Part shown: piece after piece, positions 56,360-64,000 of the stretch
Layout of the letters: each line of letters opens with the position of its first letter
Numbering within the stretch: position 1 is the stretch's first letter
Assembly: GCA_021372055.1 (NCBI GenBank)
Contig: JAJFVB010000240.1
Location: forward strand, 505-64,504
Source: Desulfobacteraceae bacterium
GTDB taxonomy: Bacteria > Desulfobacterota > Syntrophobacteria > Syntrophobacterales > Syntrophobacteraceae
Length of the DNA stretch: 64,000 nt
Direction: 5' to 3'
Position numbers and translations under genes: made by a program
Notes under the pieces: generated by a model
Told to the model about the DNA's origin: nothing
Database searches by the model: none
The model's input: the letters and a program-made list of their open reading frames with translations, nothing else

Positions 56360-56857
56360 TCACCCCCGGATCGGAAGCGTAAACTGGTTCAGGGGATTGC
56401 GGATCGCCATAACATGGCAGTGGGCATACCTCGAAACCCGCGCCACAGTGCTTCCCCGTTCTTCCCGCTCCGAATCCGAATTGCCCAGAGCACCCATGAC
56501 GATCAGGTCGATCTCGTTTTTTTTGGCGTAACGTATGATCTCGACATCGGGAGCCCCGCATGCCACGAGGAACTCGTACCGCTCATAGCCCTGCATTCGC
56601 CCCTCGTAGGCGTTTTTGAGCCTGCCCAGCGCCTCTTCGGCGATTTTCGGATCGTAGAATGCCTGCCCGTTCATATCGCCGCCCTTGGGGATGTCTTCAT
56701 CCACGACATGTTTTGCGTACTGAAACGGAGAATGAGGCACATGCAGGATGGACAGCTTCGCGCCGTATTTCTTTGCAAGGCCAAGCGCGTGCAGGAAGGC
56801 GATGTTGGCGTCATCGGAAAAGTCCGTACAGAAAAGAATTTTCTTATACTCAAACAT
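56360..56857 (-). CDS. Universal stress protein (UspA family)
   Basis: MFEYKKILFCTDFSDDANIAF. C-terminal ATP-binding-like IVMGALGNSDSER...GSTVARVSRYAHCHVMAI. The start overlaps the upstream stop by 8 nt. Confidence 0.85.
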   Translation of the reverse strand: MFEYKKILFCTDFSDDANIAFLHALGLAKKYGAKLSILHVPHSPFQYAKHVVDEDIPKGGDMNGQAFYDPKIAEEALGRLKNAYEGRMQGYERYEFLVACGAPDVEIIRYAKKNEIDLIVMGALGNSDSEREERGSTVARVSRYAHCHVMAIRNPLNQFTLPIRG

Positions 56858-58073
56858 TGTTCTCTCCTTTCGTTGCATCAGGCGACCGCCACGTCCGACA
56901 TCGCACAGAGTTCTCCTTTCGCCCTTTCCCGCACAGGGCGATATCCCCTGCAGGAAGTCTGACTGCAAATGTTGCCCCTTTGCCCTTTTCCGAGAAGACC
57001 GACACCTCTCCTCCGTGCTCGAGAACGATTTTCTGAACGATCATGAGGCCGAGTCCGGTGCCTCTGGTGCCTTTCGTACTGAAGAATGCCTTGAAGATCT
57101 TTTCCTTTATTTCTTCGGAAAGCCCGCAGCCCGAATCGATCACCCGGTACTCGACTCCACCGCCCTCGATGAGGGCGGTGCTGAGGACGACCTCCTTGGG
57201 GTTCCCCGAATTTTCAACGTCAAGGCAGGCATCGAAGGCATTCCCGAGAAGATTCAAAAGGCAGCAATGAATCGCGTCCGGGTCCAGGCTGATTTCCTTG
57301 ATACGTTCATCGAGCCGGACCGTCAGGTTGATCCCGCACTCACGGGCACGCTCCTGCATGAGCAGATGCAGATCGGATGCAACCCGGTTCGGATTTATCC
57401 TCCGGTATTCCGGTTCCCGTTCCTTGGAGTAGTTCAGCAGATCCAGCGCAAGGTTTTTTATCTTTTCGACATTGCCCTTTACCATCGCCCAGCCCTGGGT
57501 GAGATACTTTTGACTGCCCAGTTCCATGCCCTTTTCCACAACGAAGATGCCGCCGTTGAGTCCGCCTATGATGTTTTTGATCGCATGAGCCAGGGTTGCT
57601 ACCGTCTGGCCTATGGCGGCCAGCCTTTCCGTTTCGATCAGCCGCTGCGATTTTTCGAGGACGAGCTGCTCGAGCCCCTGCGTGTATTCGCGGAGCTTTT
57701 CCTTCATCCAGATCCGTTCCCGGGCCCTTTGGAGCGCAATCCGGAGCGCCGCGTCGTTAATCGGTTTGGTAATGAAATCGACCGCTTCGAACTGGATGCT
57801 CCTGATTGCAAGTTCCAGGTCCCCGTGCCCCGTGACCATGATGACCTCGGTTTCAGGCATCTCTTTTTTGATCCTTTGCAGCAGTTCGATCCCGTCCATT
57901 CCCGGCATTTTGACATCCGTCAGGACAACCGGGGGACGATGCTTCCGGACGATATCGAGCGCCTCTTCGCCCGAGGCGGCCGTCAGAACCCGGTAGCCCC
58001 AGTCGGCGAGCGAAATGCCGAGGACTTTCCGAATCCCCTCCTCATCGTCCACGAGCAGAATAGGGTTTATCAT
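56850..58073 (-). CDS. Hybrid response regulator-histidine kinase (REC - HisKA - HATPase_c)
   Basis: ILLVDDEEGIRK, VVLTDVKMPGMDG, VIMVTGH, FITKP (REC). H-box ATLAHAIKNIIGGL. LLNLLGNAFDA, DSGCGL, GTGLGL. ATGA overlap with the upstream kinase. Confidence 0.85.
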   Translation of the reverse strand: MINPILLVDDEEGIRKVLGISLADWGYRVLTAASGEEALDIVRKHRPPVVLTDVKMPGMDGIELLQRIKKEMPETEVIMVTGHGDLELAIRSIQFEAVDFITKPINDAALRIALQRARERIWMKEKLREYTQGLEQLVLEKSQRLIETERLAAIGQTVATLAHAIKNIIGGLNGGIFVVEKGMELGSQKYLTQGWAMVKGNVEKIKNLALDLLNYSKEREPEYRRINPNRVASDLHLLMQERARECGINLTVRLDERIKEISLDPDAIHCCLLNLLGNAFDACLDVENSGNPKEVVLSTALIEGGGVEYRVIDSGCGLSEEIKEKIFKAFFSTKGTRGTGLGLMIVQKIVLEHGGEVSVFSEKGKGATFAVRLPAGDIALCGKGRKENSVRCRTWRSPDATKGENNV

Positions 58074-60346
58074 CAGGCCTCACCCGCGGCGGGAAATCGA
58101 ATGATGAATGTAGCGCCTTCGTTTTCCCTGGTCTCGACTTCTATCGTTCCTTCATAGTCCTGCACGATGCCGTAGCTTATCGAAAGACCCAAACCGGTTC
58201 CGCGGCCAACCCGCTTCGTGGTGAAAAACGGTTCGAAAATCTTGTCGAGCACCGATTTGGAAATGCCCGTCCCGGTATCCGACACCTCCACGCGAACCTT
58301 GCCCCTATCGAGCAGGGTTTTCAATGACACCCGCTTTTCAATGTCGCCGTTGCACATCTTTTCGCACCGATCCTCGATGGCGTCCCGGGCGTTGATCAGC
58401 AGGTTTATGAAGACCTGCTCGAGCCTGTTGCTGCTGGCGAGAACCGGCGGCAGATCCGGCGCCAGGTTCTTTTCCACTTCGATCTTCCTCAGCTTCAGCT
58501 GCTGCATGAAGATCTGGAGGGCCTTCTCCAGGGCCTCGTTTACGTCCACCCTGTCCCTTTCCACCTCCGATTTGCGTCCGAATTCCCGGAGGTGGTTGAT
58601 AATGCAGGACGCCCTGTCCACATGGCTGTCGATCTCCGCCGCCATTGTCTTGAGGACGTCTTCCCTGATGGGCTCGCTCCTGCTGATCTTGCGCACCAGG
58701 AAACTGCTCGCCGTCTTCATCACGGAAAGCGGCTGGTTGAGCTCATGGGCTATCGCGGTCGCCATCTCTCCCAGGGTGGCCATTTTGCTCGCCTGGATCA
58801 GGTGCTGCTCGGCCATGAGCCGTTTGGTGATATCGCTCGTGGTGACGAGAAACGCATCCCTGCCGAGATACTCCGAAGGAGAGATGCGGATATTCACATA
58901 GATGGCCCGTCCGTCCTTGGTCACGTGCCGCACATTGGTGAGCGCGTCGGATCTTTTGATGTTCTGCGTGACTTCACCGTTCTGCTCGCCTTCGAGAATG
59001 TCCCGGAAATGCTCGCCCAAAAGTTCCGACTTTTCGTAACCGTAGACGGCAAAGACCATTTCGTTGCAGTCGAGTATTTTGAGTTCACGATCGAGAACGA
59101 AGAGTGGATTCGGGATATTGTTGAAAATTTCCCTGTATTTCTTTTCCGATTTCACGATTTCTTCTTCGAGCGCCTTGCGTTCGGTGACATCGACGCTCAT
59201 TTCCATCACGGCGCTGATTTCCCCGCGACTGTCCTTGAGAGGCGAAGTCCTGCATATCCATGTCGATGCCTTCCCGTCGGCGGTGGTGCCGGCTTCCTCA
59301 CTGAGATGGGACTCTCCATCGGCGAAGGTCTTCAGAACCGGGCAGTATTGACAGACCTCTTTTCTGCCCTTGTAGATCTCGTAGCAGCGGCCGCCGGGCC
59401 GAGGATCGAAAGCGCGCGCGAACTCGCGGTTGTAGCGGACAATCGTGAGTTCCCGGTCCTGCACGGTGATGTAGCACGGCACCTGCTCGAAGAGTTCCTG
59501 GTACTCGTTTCTCTGCCGGTTCAGCTCTTCCTGTTTTTCGTCGATCTGCCCCGCCATGGCGTCGATCGCGTGGGCGAGCTGACCTATCTCGTTTACCCAG
59601 TGAGGACGGAATTCATGCCGGTACTCACCCTCGGCGATATTGCGCGTCCACGCGATCAGTTTCCTGATGGGACGGTTGACGAAAAACAACAGGAACCCGA
59701 CGATTATCGCGGAGGTTGCAAGAAAGCTGATCACCGCCAGGATTATGATTCTTTCTTCGTATGTCCGTATCGCCCTGTCGGTTTCCTTCAGGGAAACGAC
59801 CACGTCGAGCGCCCCGAGGACCGTCTTGTCCGGAGGATGGACGTGGCAGGCCTCCGACGCGCAGCTCGGCTCGTTGTAGATCGGGCTGATGATGCCGAGC
59901 TGCCTGTGCCCGTCGGGCGACCGGAGGATACGCGTTCTGGCGGATGCGGCCAGGTCCTTCAGGGGCGGGTCCGTCCTGTGGCAGATGTCACAGGCTTCCG
60001 CCTTTATGCTGGTTGTCTGGTCGACCTCGCCCGGAAGGCTCGAGAACTTGATCTGCCCCTGCTTGTTGTAGATACGGATGTTGTCGATACCCTCCTGCGA
60101 TCCGATATTCCTGGTTATTTCATCGAGATCGTTACGCGAATTGAGCATCATGGCGTAATGGGTGCCCAGCCTGATCGTATTGCCCAGCCTGTCGCAAGAC
60201 TCGATGATGGATTGCAGCGTGCTCTCTTTCTGATAGTTGATATTGAAATAGGCCCAGATGAAGATGCTGACGGACAGCACCAGTCCGACCAGAACGATCA
60301 GCCTGGAGATCAGGCTCCTGTAGATCCCGACTGCACCTTCGAACAT
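58073..60346 (-). CDS. Membrane sensor histidine kinase (periplasmic Cys-motif domain - HAMP - 2x PAS - HisKA - HATPase_c)
   Basis: Two TM helices flank a ~170-aa extracytoplasmic domain containing CDICH (CXXCH) and CASEACH. HAMP (NIAEGEY...EIGQLAHAID). PAS repeats. H-box TAIAHELNQPL. INLLINARDA, DTGTGI, GTGLGLS. Confidence 0.85.
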   Translation of the reverse strand: MFEGAVGIYRSLISRLIVLVGLVLSVSIFIWAYFNINYQKESTLQSIIESCDRLGNTIRLGTHYAMMLNSRNDLDEITRNIGSQEGIDNIRIYNKQGQIKFSSLPGEVDQTTSIKAEACDICHRTDPPLKDLAASARTRILRSPDGHRQLGIISPIYNEPSCASEACHVHPPDKTVLGALDVVVSLKETDRAIRTYEERIIILAVISFLATSAIIVGFLLFFVNRPIRKLIAWTRNIAEGEYRHEFRPHWVNEIGQLAHAIDAMAGQIDEKQEELNRQRNEYQELFEQVPCYITVQDRELTIVRYNREFARAFDPRPGGRCYEIYKGRKEVCQYCPVLKTFADGESHLSEEAGTTADGKASTWICRTSPLKDSRGEISAVMEMSVDVTERKALEEEIVKSEKKYREIFNNIPNPLFVLDRELKILDCNEMVFAVYGYEKSELLGEHFRDILEGEQNGEVTQNIKRSDALTNVRHVTKDGRAIYVNIRISPSEYLGRDAFLVTTSDITKRLMAEQHLIQASKMATLGEMATAIAHELNQPLSVMKTASSFLVRKISRSEPIREDVLKTMAAEIDSHVDRASCIINHLREFGRKSEVERDRVDVNEALEKALQIFMQQLKLRKIEVEKNLAPDLPPVLASSNRLEQVFINLLINARDAIEDRCEKMCNGDIEKRVSLKTLLDRGKVRVEVSDTGTGISKSVLDKIFEPFFTTKRVGRGTGLGLSISYGIVQDYEGTIEVETRENEGATFIIRFPAAGEA

Positions 60347-60384
60347 GGCCCGCCCTCTCTAAACCGGTGATGCCGGGTGCTCAT

Positions 60385-60473
60385 GTAACAAAGAACGCTT
60401 TTGAAAAACGTGGGAAACTGCGCCCCACTCACATCCCTCGCCGCTACGCGGTTCATTTTGGCGCTTGCGGGGG
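60385..60473 (+). repeat. Partial copy (F) of the modular repeat family
   Basis: Sequence: gtaacaaagaacgcttttgaaaaacgtgggaaactgcgccccactcacatccctcgccgctacgcggttcattttggcgcttgcggggg. The left module matches copies D and E. The tcattttggcgcttgcgg module matches copies C and E, with near matches in A and B. Confidence 0.75.
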
Positions 60474-60477
60474 ATTC

Positions 60478-60659
60478 AGGGCTTGTCCGTAAATAAAACC
60501 TTTGCGCTCGCATCCGGCTTTTTGCCTGCTTCGACCGCTCCTCAATCGCAAAATTCTCGACGTAGCCCAACTACACCTGCGGTTTTGCTCAATCGTTGCA
60601 GCCAAATCAGACTCAATATCCGGCGCGAATCCCTAAAAGCCTATTTACGGACAAGCCCT
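60478..60659. repeat. 182-nt element bounded by a perfect 18-bp inverted repeat
   Basis: agggcttgtccgtaaata (60478-60495) and tatttacggacaagccct (60642-60659) are exact reverse complements. The right arm touches the stop codon of the HdrA-like gene. Confidence 0.8.
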
Positions 60660-63600
60660 TATTCCAGTGCCGCATCCAACATCGCCATTACCCGCCGGTC
60701 GCCGTAGCCCCGGACGACCGAAGCGCTGTTCGGGCAGACGGCGGCGCATGCCCCGCAGCCCTGGCAGGCCAGTTCGTCAACCTCGATAATGTCCTCCTCG
60801 TCGTTGCGCTTCCGTGCATCGTAGGGACAGGCGGCGATGCAGCTTTCGCAAAGGGAGCACAGGCTGTGCCGCACCTCGGCCGTCACGTTCGCGGCAGGAA
60901 CGCGCTCCCGGCTGATAAGCGCTAGCGCGCGCTGCGCCGCGGCCTGCGCCATGGCTACAGACTCCGCAACGGACCTGGGCGAGTGCGCCACGCCGGCCAG
61001 AAACACCCCGCGTTTCCGGGAATTGACCGGCAGCCACTTGTACTCGGCCTCCTGGAAAAACCCGTCTTCATTGACCTCTATGCCGAAGATCTCAGCAAGG
61101 CCCTTGCCGTTGCCCGGCGCGATGCCGGTGCTCAAGACGAGGAGGTCGGACTCGAACACGATTTCGCGCCCGAGGATGGGATCCATTGCGCAGAGCCGAA
61201 CCTTGCCCGCTTCGCCCAGGGAGCATTCCGGTTTTCGGTCGGGCGAATACCGTATGAACATAATCCCGGCCCGCCTTGCCTGCGTGTAATATGTTTCCAG
61301 AAAACCGTAGGTCATGATGTCTCTGTAGAAGATGCAGACGTCCAGGTCGGGATTCGCCGCTTTGAGGCGAAGGGCGTTCTTGAGCGCCGTGGCGCAGCAG
61401 ACCCTGCTGCAGTAGTTCCTTCCCTCCTCGCGCGAACCGACGCACTGAATCATGGCAACGGCCTTGAGCCCGGCGGGGTCGAGCCGGCCGTCGGCCAGAC
61501 GATCTTCCAGCTCGAGCTGCGTAAGGATCGAATCGCTTTTCCCGTAAAGGTAGGCCTCGGTTCGGGCCTCGCCTCCACCGCTGGCAAGAATCACGGCCCC
61601 GTGCTCCACAACCGCGGGATCGTTGCCCGACTGATCCAACGTTGTCAGGAAGTTGCCGCCCAACCGCTCCGAGTGCACAACGGAAGCACTTTTGCGAAGG
61701 GTGATCCGGGGATGGCTTTCCACCCGCGCAATTGTTTCTTCCAGCAGCCCCTTTGCGGAAAGTCCCTCGATGGTGTGGTGGATTCGCAGAGCAAGACCTC
61801 CGAGATTTTCCGTCTTTTCGACCAGATCGACCTCGAAGCCCTGATCCGCTATCGAAAGGGCCGCGGTCATTCCCGCGATGCCTCCTCCCACCACCAGGGC
61901 GCGCTGAACCACAGGCTGATCGGACCGGACGACGGGCTCCGCGGAAAGAAGCCCTTGCAGCGAAATCTTGAGAGCGGCCTCCATGCGCTTCACGGCATAA
62001 TCCCCACTGTCGGGGGCAGCGCCCAAAGCCGCGGAACGGATATCCACCACGTCCATGAGGCTTCTAGGAAGCCCGATCCGGCGGCTGAGTTCCGCCAGCT
62101 TGCCCCCGTGCATGCACGGAACGCAGGCTCCGATGACCACCGCGTTGGCGCCGCTTTTTTCCAGGGCCTCGGACATGGTGTCCCATCCCGACTTCGTACA
62201 GATTCTTTCGATTTCCAGGACGCGGAGCCCCGGAGCCCACTCCGGCAACGCCGCGCGCAGAGCGGCGACCTCTCCGGCGAGCGAATTCCCGCAGGCGCAC
62301 AGGGCAAGCGCGACCCGTGGAATCTCCCTGGAAACGTCGCGCAATGCCGCTTCCGGCCGCTCTGCGGCCATCAGGCTTCCGCCCTTGGAATGAATCAGCT
62401 TCGATGCTTCGCAGGAGGCGGCTCCGGCCTGAATCACGGATTCCGAGATATCTTTGAACCCGGAGAAGGAACCGCCCGAGAAAACGCCGTTCCTGCTGGT
62501 CCGGCCCGGAGCAAAACCGTCCGTCCGGCAAAATCCCCAATTGTTTCGTTCGATTCCTGCAATGCTCGCCAGCACTTCGGAATCGGCGGGAGGTCTTTGC
62601 CCCACCGCCAGAACGACGAGATCGAAAACCTCATCGCGTTCCCGGCTCTCGGCGTCGGCATAGTGGAGCCGCAGACGGCCGCCTTCGTGAGGTTCGACCG
62701 AGTGGACGCGGCTTCTCACGAACCGCACCCCCGCTTCCCCCTCCGCGGCGTCGCGGTAGCGCTGGAAATCCCTGCCGAAAGTCCGCATGTCCATGTAGAA
62801 GATGGCGGTGTCCACGGCCCCCCCGCTCCTGTCCTTTGCGAGAAGCGCCTCCTTGATCGAAAACATGCAGCAAACCGACGAGCAATAATCCGCCTTTTCC
62901 TGGAGGTTCCTGGACCCGACACACTGCAGCCAGGCGATCTTCCCGACCGGTTGGCCGTCGGGACGGAGCAGCCGCCCTCCGTTGGGGCCGGTGCCGCTGA
63001 TCAGCCTCTCGAACTCGATGCTCGTGACGACATTGGGCAGGACCTTGTACTCATACGTGTTCGAACCCTCGCACGGGTCCGCGAACCCGGATCCCGCCGC
63101 CATGATCACGGCGCCGACCTGGACCGTGCGCTCGGGAGACTTGACCGTGCCGTCGTATTGCTGGACCACTTTCGCTATCATCGCGTTGATGTCAAAAGGC
63201 TTCATCAGGTAGTCGAGCGCGCCGATCTTGAGCGCCTCCACGGCGTTTTCGACCGTCGCGTAGGCCGTCATCATGATCACCGGCAGGCTCTCCCGCATCT
63301 GCTTTGCGACCTTGAGGACCTCGACGCCGTCCATGCCGGGCATTTTGATGTCGAGCAGCATGAGGCCGTATTCGTTGCGGGCGAGCAGTTCCACGGCCTC
63401 TTTTCCCGACCCCGCCATGTCGACGCTGAACCCCTCCGTCAGGAGCCATTCCTTGAGCGAGTCCCGAACGACCAGTTCGTCGTCCACCACCAGAACGCGA
63501 AACGCCCTCCGGGCTTCCAATCCGAGATCTATCGCCCCGGTCGGGCAGGCCTTCTCGCATTCGCCGCACCGGTTGCACGCGCGCGCGTCGATCACAAAGC

Positions 63601-64000
63601 AATTGGGTATGCTGTGAGGTACGGGCAGGTGGACTGCCTTCCTGCGGGTCAGGCCCGCATTGAATTCGTCAGGGACCTCGATGGGACAGATTTCCGCGCA
63701 TTTTCCGCAGCCGATGCATTTTGCCGGATCTACGCTCGACGGGATGGTCGTCAGCGTAACGCGAAAATTGCCGGGTTCGCCCTCGATGCCGACCATCTCG
63801 GTCCCGAGCATCAACTCGATGTTTTCGTGGTACAACCCTCTCCTCAGGCAGAACTGGGATGAGGCATCCCGGTCCGTCATGGGGAGCATCCTGCACATGC
63901 CGCAGTGATCGGTGGGAAACTGATAATCCAGCTGGCTCAGTATTCCCCCCAAACCCGGCGACTTGTCTATCAGGTACACACGGTGATTCATCTCAGCCAG
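60659..64000 (-). CDS. Tandem HdrA-like FAD/FeS oxidoreductase with inserted response-regulator receiver domain (5' end outside the window)
   Basis: Continuous reading frame of at least 1110 codons, open to the window end. Module 1: GLGGILSQLDYQFPTDHCGMC, ferredoxin insert CIGCGKCAEICP and CNRCGECEKACP, then REC (RVLVVDDE, LMLLDIKMPGMDG, IMMTAY, YLMKPF), then the fold resumes (CVGSRN...YCSSVCC). Next comes an HdrA N-domain-like Cys segment (LALCACGNS...GACVPCMHG). Module 2: VVGGGIAGMTAAL, CVGSREEGRNYCSRVCC, C-terminal CSLCESCIAACP and CQGCGACAAVCP. Confidence 0.85.
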   Translation of the reverse strand: MAEMNHRVYLIDKSPGLGGILSQLDYQFPTDHCGMCRMLPMTDRDASSQFCLRRGLYHENIELMLGTEMVGIEGEPGNFRVTLTTIPSSVDPAKCIGCGKCAEICPIEVPDEFNAGLTRRKAVHLPVPHSIPNCFVIDARACNRCGECEKACPTGAIDLGLEARRAFRVLVVDDELVVRDSLKEWLLTEGFSVDMAGSGKEAVELLARNEYGLMLLDIKMPGMDGVEVLKVAKQMRESLPVIMMTAYATVENAVEALKIGALDYLMKPFDINAMIAKVVQQYDGTVKSPERTVQVGAVIMAAGSGFADPCEGSNTYEYKVLPNVVTSIEFERLISGTGPNGGRLLRPDGQPVGKIAWLQCVGSRNLQEKADYCSSVCCMFSIKEALLAKDRSGGAVDTAIFYMDMRTFGRDFQRYRDAAEGEAGVRFVRSRVHSVEPHEGGRLRLHYADAESRERDEVFDLVVLAVGQRPPADSEVLASIAGIERNNWGFCRTDGFAPGRTSRNGVFSGGSFSGFKDISESVIQAGAASCEASKLIHSKGGSLMAAERPEAALRDVSREIPRVALALCACGNSLAGEVAALRAALPEWAPGLRVLEIERICTKSGWDTMSEALEKSGANAVVIGACVPCMHGGKLAELSRRIGLPRSLMDVVDIRSAALGAAPDSGDYAVKRMEAALKISLQGLLSAEPVVRSDQPVVQRALVVGGGIAGMTAALSIADQGFEVDLVEKTENLGGLALRIHHTIEGLSAKGLLEETIARVESHPRITLRKSASVVHSERLGGNFLTTLDQSGNDPAVVEHGAVILASGGGEARTEAYLYGKSDSILTQLELEDRLADGRLDPAGLKAVAMIQCVGSREEGRNYCSRVCCATALKNALRLKAANPDLDVCIFYRDIMTYGFLETYYTQARRAGIMFIRYSPDRKPECSLGEAGKVRLCAMDPILGREIVFESDLLVLSTGIAPGNGKGLAEIFGIEVNEDGFFQEAEYKWLPVNSRKRGVFLAGVAHSPRSVAESVAMAQAAAQRALALISRERVPAANVTAEVRHSLCSLCESCIAACPYDARKRNDEEDIIEVDELACQGCGACAAVCPNSASVVRGYGDRRVMAMLDAALE

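Noticed and set aside
60983-63862. 959-aa ORF on the plus strand (with a similar case at 58592-60370)
   Set aside because: Antisense to the HdrA-like gene and the sensor kinase respectively. The sense frames carry dense FeS/FAD/REC and kinase motifs.
1-64000. Search for PEP-CTERM substrate genes, transposases, integrases, and toxin-antitoxin or defence genes
   Set aside because: No translated ORF ended with a VPEP-like motif followed by a TM helix and basic tail. No transposase, integrase or defence-system signatures were recognised. The repeats therefore appear non-autonomous.

Overview
GC-rich bacterial chromosomal window. All calls rest on motif recognition by eye; no search, alignment tool or composition calculation was run. 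The gene content suggests an anaerobic deltaproteobacterium-like organism (inference): an HdrA-like oxidoreductase, sdhCAB with a single large cytochrome b subunit, a sensor kinase carrying CXXCH, and a PEP-CTERM/exosortase EPS locus. Layout: (1) 1-11.4 kb holds signalling and housekeeping genes: hybrid histidine kinase, alanine dehydrogenase, several hypotheticals, a Tat-signal aldo/keto reductase and a tandem-fused two-domain phosphofructokinase. (2) 11.7-48.3 kb is a ~36 kb exopolysaccharide locus of the exosortase/PEP-CTERM-associated type. A plus-strand arm runs manC to the export lipoprotein, with eight glycosyltransferases, a Wzx-like flippase, an O-antigen-ligase-like protein, two deacetylases, an AsnB-like amidotransferase, two heparinase II/III-like proteins, an AlgD-like GDP-mannose dehydrogenase, an exosortase-EpsI fusion and a priming sugar transferase. 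It converges on a minus-strand arm: beta-barrel OMP, chain-length determinant, degenerate BY-kinase-like protein, ExeA-like ATPase and TPR lipoprotein. No PEP-CTERM substrate gene was found in the window. (3) 48.5-64 kb holds a Gly-zipper lipoprotein, a DUF523-DUF1722 protein, sdhCAB, a CBS protein, and a translationally coupled phosphorelay operon (sensor kinase, REC-kinase, Usp, stand-alone REC). It ends with a giant tandem HdrA-like protein, truncated by the window end, that has a complete response-regulator receiver domain spliced into its first module. I rate this REC-in-HdrA architecture plus the adjacent output-less phosphorelay as the best candidate for an undescribed system. A modular MITE/REP-like repeat family has at least six copies or fragments in intergenic DNA. 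One inverted pair exactly brackets a single glycosyltransferase gene inside the EPS operon. Many long ORFs in the six-frame track are antisense shadows of real genes and were rejected.
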